Assembly: GCA_003694635.1 (NCBI GenBank) | Contig: RFKQ01000075.1 | Coordinates: forward strand, 1-51,717 | From: Planctomycetota bacterium | Lineage (GTDB): Bacteria > Planctomycetota > J132 | Reading direction: 5' to 3' | DNA length: 51,717 nucleotides | Part shown: piece after piece, positions 27,800 through 35,726 of the stretch | How the letters are laid out: every line of letters starts with the position of its first letter | Position numbering within the stretch: the first letter of the stretch is position 1 | Translations under genes and position numbers: made by a program | Notes under the pieces: model-generated | The model's input: only the letters and a program-made list of their open reading frames with translations | Told to the model about the DNA's origin: nothing | The model's database searches: none

Positions 27800-28984
27800 T
27801 CATTCCTCCCCCTCCTCCACACCCTCCAATTCCTTGAGAGTTTCCTCCTCCTCCGCCGGAGTTATCTTCCTCTGACGACGCAACGGATCCTCCGACGCCT
27901 TCTTGGGAAACGTAAAAGTGCGAGAAATATTCTCCAACATCCGACGCGCACGACGCTTGGCCACCATGTTCGCCAACATCTGCGACGGATCTATGTCCTC
28001 CGGCGCCTGAAGCACCTTCTCCAACGACTCCCGATACAAAGCTAACTCCAAACCTGTCCCCTTGCATCGCTTGCAGTAAAAATACCCATACCCACCACAA
28101 GATCCACACTCCTTCCCCCCCACCATACCACTCCCCTTGCACGCCGAACATTCCCTAGAACGCGGCCCCTGCCACTCCTTCCAACCACTCTTGCAATAAG
28201 CACACCCCTCCACCCTCGCCCGATTGTGATTATGACATGCCCAACAATCCGCATTGGCCGCATAATATTTGGCCAACAAAACGTAGTGCATCAAAAACTT
28301 CCCCCTAGCAATCTTTATCGCCTCCTGAAATTGCTTATACGACTCCCGCAAATTCCCCCCAAATCGACGCCCCTTTAAACTCCCCAATACCACATGAGGT
28401 CCCCCATGGTAAAAATCCCCACGCTTCCACCTCTCAATAATCGTCCGCAAAATCACCTCCACACACGCCAACTTCGCCACCGTGCTCGTGTCCTCCTTGC
28501 TCTTAGAAATAATACCAGCTAAACAATCCGCTAGCCAAAAAAAATGAGGCGTATAATCGCTGTCGTACTCCTCCACCAATAAACGCTCTAACTTCTTGGA
28601 ATTCCCCGTATCCAAAATTTTGTTCAACTCCTCATAATCCAGCGAATTCCTCGCATACCGATAACCCTTCTTAAAAAGTATCTTGGCCCACAACGGATTC
28701 TCCTCATCCATAAACAAAACCGCAAAACCTGCGTGCATCTTCGCCCCCATCAAAAGAAGATTCTCATTGTACGGATCCGCTAAAATAATCCCCTCCAAAA
28801 ATTTTAATAACGTCGGCGCCGCCTCCCTAGCATGATCCACACTAGGCTCCTGCTCAAAACTCTTGGACATATCCTTCAGAGTCCCCTCCATCGTCCGCGC
28901 AATCAACGTCTTCATACTACATCCACAAAGCCCTACCACCAAAAGAAACAGCAAAAAAATAATAGAAAAGTCTCTTCTACTCAT
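27800..28984 (-). CDS. TatT-like (TPR-like helical) lipoprotein with a C-terminal DnaJ-type CXXCXGXG zinc-finger region
   Basis: I chose the ATG at 28984, with AAGGAG 8 nt upstream. It has the lipobox LVVGLCGCS, a helical N-terminal part resembling the TRAP-T TatT component family, and the Cys cluster CWAC..CAYC..CSACKGSG..CGSCGGYG..CKRCKGTG. Confidence 0.65.
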   Translation of the reverse strand: MSRRDFSIIFLLFLLVVGLCGCSMKTLIARTMEGTLKDMSKSFEQEPSVDHAREAAPTLLKFLEGIILADPYNENLLLMGAKMHAGFAVLFMDEENPLWAKILFKKGYRYARNSLDYEELNKILDTGNSKKLERLLVEEYDSDYTPHFFWLADCLAGIISKSKEDTSTVAKLACVEVILRTIIERWKRGDFYHGGPHVVLGSLKGRRFGGNLRESYKQFQEAIKIARGKFLMHYVLLAKYYAANADCWACHNHNRARVEGCAYCKSGWKEWQGPRSRECSACKGSGMVGGKECGSCGGYGYFYCKRCKGTGLELALYRESLEKVLQAPEDIDPSQMLANMVAKRRARRMLENISRTFTFPKKASEDPLRRQRKITPAEEEETLKELEGVEEGEE

Positions 28985-29076
28985 CACACCCTCTCCTTCA
29001 TAAACCACTCTTCAACTAAATTTCTAAGCTCCTAAAAACTCTAAACCAAAATACAAAACTCACCCCTCTCCACCAT

Positions 29077-29805
29077 CTACCCATCCCCTCGCACCAGCTC
29101 CACCTCCAAAACCTGACGCAACTTCACCAAACTCCCCGGCGGATAATATCCCTTCCTCAACGAAACATTGGGATACACCACCCCACCCCTGCCCATCAAA
29201 ACCCCCGGATGAAGCACACTGTTGCAACCCGTCTTCACCCCATCCCCCAAAATCGACCCAAACTTCCTTAACCCCGTCGCAAACTCCCTCCCCTCAATCC
29301 GTAAAATCACCTCAGACGAAGATAAATTCTTCAAATTGGAAAGCACACACCCTGCCCCTAAATTCACCCCACGACCTAAAACCGAATCCCCTACATAATT
29401 GAAATGAGGCGCCTGCGCCCCCGGCAACAACACCGAACCCTTCACCTCCGTCGCATGACCTACCAATGACCCCTCCATCAATAAACTACAACCGCGTACG
29501 TACGCATGAGAACGTAAGACCACCCCACGACCTACCCACGCCGGCGCCTGAATCACCACCCCCGGCTCCAATACCACCTCCTCACCAATGTAAATCCTAT
29601 CCCCCAATAAATGCACCCCCTCCGGAACCAAAGAATGTATCCGGCACCCCTCCACCAACGTCCCTAAAAACCCCTCCAACCTACCCCCCAAAACCTCCCA
29701 GACGTACCTCACCTCAAAAAACTCCCGAAAAAGCCTCGAAACCTCCCCGCAAGAATCCAAACCCTCTAAATCAAAAAAACTCTCCGGACCTAAATCCAAT
29801 CCCAT
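29077..29805 (-). CDS. Left-handed beta-helix (hexapeptide-repeat) acyl/nucleotidyl-transferase-like protein (GlmU C-terminal-domain-like)
   Basis: Hexapeptide periodicity runs through IGEEVVLEPGVVIQAPAWVGRGVVLRSHAYVRGCSLLMEGSLVGHATEVKGSVLLPGAQAPHFNYVGDSVLGRGVNLGAGCVLSNLK. The ATG at 29805 sits 10 nt after the serS stop and is preceded by GGGGAGAGAG. Confidence 0.6.
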   Translation of the reverse strand: MGLDLGPESFFDLEGLDSCGEVSRLFREFFEVRYVWEVLGGRLEGFLGTLVEGCRIHSLVPEGVHLLGDRIYIGEEVVLEPGVVIQAPAWVGRGVVLRSHAYVRGCSLLMEGSLVGHATEVKGSVLLPGAQAPHFNYVGDSVLGRGVNLGAGCVLSNLKNLSSSEVILRIEGREFATGLRKFGSILGDGVKTGCNSVLHPGVLMGRGGVVYPNVSLRKGYYPPGSLVKLRQVLEVELVRGDG

Positions 29806-29815
29806 CTCTCTCCCC

Positions 29816-31087
29816 CTAAAACCTATCCTTGCCAAAATACGGCCGCAACGCCTCCGGCACTCGAATGCTCCCATCCTCCTGCTGGTGATTCTCCCACAAC
29901 GCTATCAACGTCCGACTCACCGCCACCGCCGTACCATTGAGCATATGCACGTACTCCGTCGACCTCCCCCCCCCACGACGAAAGCGTATCTTTAACCGCC
30001 GCGCCTGATAATCCGTGCAGTTCGATGTACTCGTCACCTCCCCGTATTCCCCACCCTCCCCACGACCAGGCATCCAAGCCTCTATGTCAAACTTGCGATA
30101 CGCCGGCGCACCCAATTCCCCCGTGCAAACATCCACCACCCGATACGGTATCTCCAACTTCTGATAAATCTCCTCCTCTATCTCTAAAAAATTCCGATGA
30201 ATCCTCTCCGAATCCTCCGGAGCACAAAACGCAAACATCTCCACCTTCGTAAACTGATGCACCCGATACAAACCCTTCGATACCTTCCCCCCAGCCCCCG
30301 CCTCCGTGCGAAAACAATGGGATACACCACCCAATAAAAGCGGAAGACGATCCCCCTCCAAAATCGTATCCTGGTACATCCCTCCCAACGTAATCTCCGC
30401 CGTACCAATCAAACACAAAGGACTGTTCGCAATCGAATACACCTGTGTCTCCTCCCCACGAGGATTGAACCCAATCCCCTCAAGTATACTCCCATACGCT
30501 AAATCCGGAGTAGCGTAAATCTCAAACCCCCGCTGGCGCAATATCTCCAACGCAAACCGCACCAACGCCAACTCCATCCAAACCCCATCCCCCTTAAGAT
30601 AATAAAACTTCGCACCACTCACCTTCGCCGCACTCCGAAAATCCACCAACCCCTTCTCCTCCCCAAGCTGAACATGATCCTTGGGAGGAAACGAAAATTT
30701 CCTAGGCTCCCCCCACGTCCGAAGCACCCGATTGGCCCCCTCATCCTCCCCCACAGGTACCTCCGGATGCGTCAAATTGGGCAAACGCTGCCACTGCTCC
30801 TCAAACCGCTCCTGCCACCTCGCCAACTCCTCCTTGCAACCGGCCTCCTCCTCCTTCAAACGCCTCCCCTCCTCCACCAAAGGCAAACGCTCCTCCTTCG
30901 ACAGCGATCCCTTCATCCGCTTGGCCACCTGATTGCGCCGCTGCTGAATCTCCTGCAAACGCCGCTGCAACGAAAGCTTCCTCTCATATAGCTCCAAAAG
31001 CTCCGATACGTCCACCTCCACCTTCCTACGGCGACAATTCTCCTGCACCAACTCCCTGTTCTTCTTGACAAACTTAATATCTAACAT
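29816..31087 (-). CDS. serS: Seryl-tRNA synthetase
   Basis: It has the N-terminal coiled-coil arm MLDIKFVKKNRELV and class II motifs (FRTEAGAGGKVSKGLYRVHQFTKVEMF, GTAVAVSRTLIALWENHQ). I chose the ATG at 31087. Confidence 0.92.
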   Translation of the reverse strand: MLDIKFVKKNRELVQENCRRRKVEVDVSELLELYERKLSLQRRLQEIQQRRNQVAKRMKGSLSKEERLPLVEEGRRLKEEEAGCKEELARWQERFEEQWQRLPNLTHPEVPVGEDEGANRVLRTWGEPRKFSFPPKDHVQLGEEKGLVDFRSAAKVSGAKFYYLKGDGVWMELALVRFALEILRQRGFEIYATPDLAYGSILEGIGFNPRGEETQVYSIANSPLCLIGTAEITLGGMYQDTILEGDRLPLLLGGVSHCFRTEAGAGGKVSKGLYRVHQFTKVEMFAFCAPEDSERIHRNFLEIEEEIYQKLEIPYRVVDVCTGELGAPAYRKFDIEAWMPGRGEGGEYGEVTSTSNCTDYQARRLKIRFRRGGGRSTEYVHMLNGTAVAVSRTLIALWENHQQEDGSIRVPEALRPYFGKDRF

Positions 31088-31257
31088 CGCTACCTTTCCA
31101 ATCAAATCCTCCTATACACCAACCAAACCTTAATAAAAAACAAACAAATCGCTCCCTTCTCCAAATCCTCTAAAACCCTAAACCTAAATATTCTACCAAG
31201 CAAAAAAGAAAATTGCAAGTCAACCTCACCCCCAAACCACCTCCAAAATCATAAAAC

Positions 31258-33060
31258 CTAATAATTCCCAAACCAATGCTCCACCTCCAAAGAAATCATA
31301 TAATGCCAATGAAGATCTTTTCTTGCGTTAAATAAATTCTGTCTAGCTAAAGACTCCTCATACGAATTCTTAAACGCCGCGTGAACATTGCTATACTGCA
31401 CCCCAAAAAGCAAACGAATAGAAGGACGATTGTAAATCCCCTTCCCAAATGGATTGAAAACCAAACCCGTCTTAAACTGCAACGTGTACTTTATATCCGT
31501 ATCTCCCCACTCCAAACCCTCCGGATCAAATACTCCATCCGTGTTGGTGGTGAGGGAATCAAAATGCTCCCGATAACGATTGCCTATCAGAGACCTCTCC
31601 ACCGCAAAACTCACCTCATTCAAAAGATGAAAATAATCCGTTAAATAAATCTGAGGGCGAAATAAAATCGAAAAAGCAAGACGATTCTGATCATCCGGCC
31701 GATAGCGATTGTCCCCATCCCAAGCATAACTAAAAAAAATCCCCATCACCATATCCACGCGTGAGGAAAGCTCCCAATAGCTCTCATCCAACACCAAAAG
31801 CTCATACCTCTCATCCGTAAAACGCGAAATGTACACATCCTTCGTCACCCCATTGGCGCTAAAACGCAACGCCTGATCCGCCGGCTTCTTCTCCAACGAT
31901 ACACTGAAATCATTCCAACGAAGCCGTATCCCCCCCAACCGCACCCCCCCAAACCCCAACCAAAAAGTCCAACGCCACGAAAAATCATCCACCGCCCGAG
32001 AAGCTGGAAAAAAATCCCCATTGGGATCCGAAGGATTGGCGTCCAAATACCTCTCCAACACATCCCCACGCAACACATCCCGATAATCCACCGAATCCGT
32101 CTGACGAGGCGCATTCTTACTCGCACTATCCCCAAACTCATACCGAAGCATCACACTACTACCCAACCAAACCTCGCCTAACTTCACCTTAAATAAACCT
32201 CCAACTGTAGGAACAGAATCGTACCCCGCATCCTCAAACGTCTGCTTGCGCCGCTGATATACATCATAACCGGAATCCCCCAACGCCACAAACCACTCCA
32301 TATCCCGATAACGCATCCCCGCACGTACCCCCACCGTCTCCCAAAAAGACTGCGCCACATACCAATCGTAAATCCCAATATAACCCATATTGTACCAAAG
32401 CGTCCCCAACTGCACCACAAAATGCCTGTAAGGAATATTGACCACCTCCAAATAAATCTGCGTCAAACTAAACGAACTTAAACTCCCCTGCTTCTCATCC
32501 CCAACACGAAACGAATCTCCCTCAATCCGCCCATACACCCGCACCCCCGGATCCGTCTCACTCCTCTGGCGAAGAAACTTCTGGCTAATCCCAAAAGTAA
32601 ACCAAGGACGCTCATTCATCAACCGGCCATAAAGATTCCACCAACCCAACGTCTTCGCACCCTTGCCAAAATCCGTCCGAGCATACACCCGAAAATAACC
32701 CTCGTACTCCAACAAATCCAACAAACCAAACCGACCCGACGAAGATCCCTCCCCCTCTCCCACCCGATCACCCCTCTCTCTCTTCCCCCGGCTATCCCTC
32801 TCCGCCTCCACACCGGAAGAATCCTGAAACCGTACCCCACAAAAAGGACACCTCTTCGCCGATGCCGGTATCACCCGATTGCAATTGGTGCACTCCACCT
32901 CATCACCAAACTCAATCCCACAAAAAGGACACCTCTTCGCCGATGCTGGTACCCAACGCTTGCAATTCTCACACAAAAACCTCTCCTGACCCCATACCAA
33001 AGAAAAACTCAATCCACAAAAACAAAAAAATAAATAAAAATAACTTCGCCTTGTAAACAT
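31258..33060 (-). CDS. Outer-membrane beta-barrel (carbohydrate-porin-like) protein with two N-terminal zinc-ribbon motifs
   Basis: The signal peptide is MFTRRSYFYLFFCFCGLSFSLVWG. It is followed by CENC..x12..CPFCG and CTNC..x12..CPFCG, then a long beta-strand-like region with alternating aromatic/Gly residues ending in the C-terminal aromatic ...HWFGNY. Confidence 0.6.
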   Translation of the reverse strand: MFTRRSYFYLFFCFCGLSFSLVWGQERFLCENCKRWVPASAKRCPFCGIEFGDEVECTNCNRVIPASAKRCPFCGVRFQDSSGVEAERDSRGKRERGDRVGEGEGSSSGRFGLLDLLEYEGYFRVYARTDFGKGAKTLGWWNLYGRLMNERPWFTFGISQKFLRQRSETDPGVRVYGRIEGDSFRVGDEKQGSLSSFSLTQIYLEVVNIPYRHFVVQLGTLWYNMGYIGIYDWYVAQSFWETVGVRAGMRYRDMEWFVALGDSGYDVYQRRKQTFEDAGYDSVPTVGGLFKVKLGEVWLGSSVMLRYEFGDSASKNAPRQTDSVDYRDVLRGDVLERYLDANPSDPNGDFFPASRAVDDFSWRWTFWLGFGGVRLGGIRLRWNDFSVSLEKKPADQALRFSANGVTKDVYISRFTDERYELLVLDESYWELSSRVDMVMGIFFSYAWDGDNRYRPDDQNRLAFSILFRPQIYLTDYFHLLNEVSFAVERSLIGNRYREHFDSLTTNTDGVFDPEGLEWGDTDIKYTLQFKTGLVFNPFGKGIYNRPSIRLLFGVQYSNVHAAFKNSYEESLARQNLFNARKDLHWHYMISLEVEHWFGNY

Positions 33061-33087
33061 CGCCTCGCTCCGGCCTCCACCAAAAAA

Positions 33088-35556
33088 CTACTCCTCTTCA
33101 AAAACCACGATCGTCCGAGCCTTCAACGTATACTTCCCTCCCCCCGCAACCACCGCCCCACCCACCGGTTTGCCCGGCTCCCCAAAATTACTAGTGACGC
33201 GAGTGGTGCTGGCATCTTTGTCAAAAAATAATTGAGTATCAATGCGAACCTCCCAATTCCCCGTGCCCGGCAACGTAAACTCCGTGTCCACCTCCTCCAT
33301 ATTGATAGCAATATACACCCGCTTGTTCGGCGCCGTATTGGGATAGTAAATCCCAATGCTCTCCCCCGACCACGTGGATGCATCCGCATCCGTACCATCG
33401 GGCTTTTTCCACACAAGAAACCAACTCCTCCCCGTCGAATCAAAATCCGTCGGCGCAAACACATCCTTCCGACGCTTGCGAAACTGAATAAGCTTCTTGT
33501 AAAAATCAAACATACGCCAGCGAGAATTGGCATCCATCTGACCACTCACAGATACATTCTTCCACTCGTACCAACGAAACCAATTGTACGGATTGTCCGC
33601 CCCGCGGGTGTAAGAGTTGTTGTTGCCGTACTTGGTCCGCATCCACTCATCCCCCCCCAACATCATCGGAGTACCATGGCTCAAAAATAAAAGCACCGCT
33701 AAATTCCTATGCATCTGCCTTTTCTCCTCCAAATTTGGCCAGTTGCGACTGTGGTTGTTGTCATCCCCACTCAACGGATCCTCCCCCTCCGGGTTCAACG
33801 GCCCCTTGCCATTGCGCTTGTCCGCATAACTAAGCAAATCATGCATGGTAAAACCATCATGGGCCGTAATAAAATTGATAGAGTGATACGGAGCCCTCCC
33901 ATCTACCCCCCAAACATCCGTGTTGTAAAATAAAATCGCCGAACCCGTAAGCAAACCACCAAGGTCCGGCTCGTTGGGATCCGAAGCATTAAACTTGGAA
34001 TTGAGCTTCCAATCATCTGTGTTGATAAACGTACGCATGGCATTGCGGAACTTATCATTCCACTCATACCAAGCCATCCGACTGGTGGCGTAATTGTCCG
34101 CCTTGGGAAACTCTCCTAAATGATAAGTTGAACCCCCCTGCGCATCCCACGGCTCCGCGATAATCCGCGTATTGTGCGCCTGCAAAACAGGATCGTTAAC
34201 AATCTCCTTTAAAAGAGTAAAAGGCGACCAATTCGCATGATTGCTATCGTCCCTACCCAATGTATTGGCCAAATCGAAACGAAAACCATCCACGTGCATC
34301 TCCTCCACCCAATAACGCAAACTGTCCAAAATCAACCTCTTGCCCGGCAAATTGTTACACCGCATCATATTGCCTACCCCCGTGGATTCCCAATACTCCT
34401 GGCGATTGCCACCACCCTTCCCATCCCCTAAACCATAATAATTGACATTGTCCAACGCACGGAAATTGTAAAGAGTCGCCAACTCCACCGGATCATATAC
34501 CCAACTCTTCGCCGGATCGAAAATATCATCCGGATCTGTGTAATTGCCATCCGGAATGCGCTGGCGCCACAATCCCCCCTCCCCCGTGTGATTGAACACC
34601 ACATCCAAAATCACCTCAATCCCATTCTTGTGAAGCTGCTCCACCATCCACTTAAAATCCGCAATCTGACTCGCCAACTTCGGATTGTAAGCATACTTCA
34701 CCTCCGGGGCAAAAAACCCTATCGTCATATACCCCCAATAGGTCTCCTCGTTGGCCTCGTGAATGGGCAAAAGCTCCACCGCCGTCACCCCCAACTCCTT
34801 CAAATACGGCGCCATCTCCCCAAACCCACGATAAGTGCCCGGATACTTAACCTCCCCCTGTAAATTGGCCGTAAATCCCTTTAAATGAACCTCGTAAATG
34901 ATCAAATCCTCCCAACCATGCCCCGACAACGTCCCCGCCTTCTTCGCCTCCCAATACGCCTGCTCCCCCTGCGACCATACATACTCCCCCTCCCGCACCA
35001 CAATCGCCTTCGCACAAGCCGCCAACGAAGACTCCGCCCGATATGGACCACTCCCCGCAGAACCCAATGACCAATCATGATCCCGATGAAACGCCCTCCC
35101 ATACGGATCCATCAAACCCTTGTTGGGATTGAAACGATGCCCCTCACTGTCCACATCCGCAATAAATCCCAATAAACTCCCAGGACGCCAAGCAGAATCA
35201 TAAACCCAATTGGGCCCCCAAGCCCGATAGCAGTAAAACTGCCCCCTCCCTATCCCCTCCACAAAGACCGACCAAACATCCCCCAGCCGCGACATACTGT
35301 ACACCTGCGAAGGAGAAGAAGCATCCGGATCATCAAATAACAATAACTCCACCCGTGTCGCATTCGCAGAAAATACGTTGAACATCACCCCCCCGTCCAT
35401 TATCTTCGAACCAAGATAATCCAACGACTTTATACCATCCACCGACGCCGAAGACGCCCTCACCTTGGCCCGATATAAACGGGGAGAGGAACTATTCGGA
35501 CAACCCTGCCAACAAACAACACCACCTAAAATCAACAAAACAAAAACCCATCGCAT
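33088..35556 (-). CDS. glgX: Secreted GH13 glycogen-debranching enzyme / isoamylase (GlgX-like) lipoprotein
   Basis: It has the lipobox GGVVCWQGC. GH13 conserved regions present are DVVFNHTGEG, GFRFDLANTL, IAEPWD and FITAHDGFT. An N-terminal CBM48-like region (MFNVFSANATRVELLLF) is also present. Confidence 0.8.
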   Translation of the reverse strand: MRWVFVLLILGGVVCWQGCPNSSSPRLYRAKVRASSASVDGIKSLDYLGSKIMDGGVMFNVFSANATRVELLLFDDPDASSPSQVYSMSRLGDVWSVFVEGIGRGQFYCYRAWGPNWVYDSAWRPGSLLGFIADVDSEGHRFNPNKGLMDPYGRAFHRDHDWSLGSAGSGPYRAESSLAACAKAIVVREGEYVWSQGEQAYWEAKKAGTLSGHGWEDLIIYEVHLKGFTANLQGEVKYPGTYRGFGEMAPYLKELGVTAVELLPIHEANEETYWGYMTIGFFAPEVKYAYNPKLASQIADFKWMVEQLHKNGIEVILDVVFNHTGEGGLWRQRIPDGNYTDPDDIFDPAKSWVYDPVELATLYNFRALDNVNYYGLGDGKGGGNRQEYWESTGVGNMMRCNNLPGKRLILDSLRYWVEEMHVDGFRFDLANTLGRDDSNHANWSPFTLLKEIVNDPVLQAHNTRIIAEPWDAQGGSTYHLGEFPKADNYATSRMAWYEWNDKFRNAMRTFINTDDWKLNSKFNASDPNEPDLGGLLTGSAILFYNTDVWGVDGRAPYHSINFITAHDGFTMHDLLSYADKRNGKGPLNPEGEDPLSGDDNNHSRNWPNLEEKRQMHRNLAVLLFLSHGTPMMLGGDEWMRTKYGNNNSYTRGADNPYNWFRWYEWKNVSVSGQMDANSRWRMFDFYKKLIQFRKRRKDVFAPTDFDSTGRSWFLVWKKPDGTDADASTWSGESIGIYYPNTAPNKRVYIAINMEEVDTEFTLPGTGNWEVRIDTQLFFDKDASTTRVTSNFGEPGKPVGGAVVAGGGKYTLKARTIVVFEEE

Positions 35557-35726
35557 TTCTTTACCTCACCTTCTTCTTTTTCGGGAAACTCCCTTTGAAT
35601 CAATAACTCACGCTTTCGAAAAACTCTTTTTGACTAGTAAAAAGCCCTCTTGAAAAAATTCCCCCGAAAAACCCCTCCCAAAAAAGTCCCCAAAACCCCT
35701 CCCCCCACAAGCCTCTCCCACCACAC

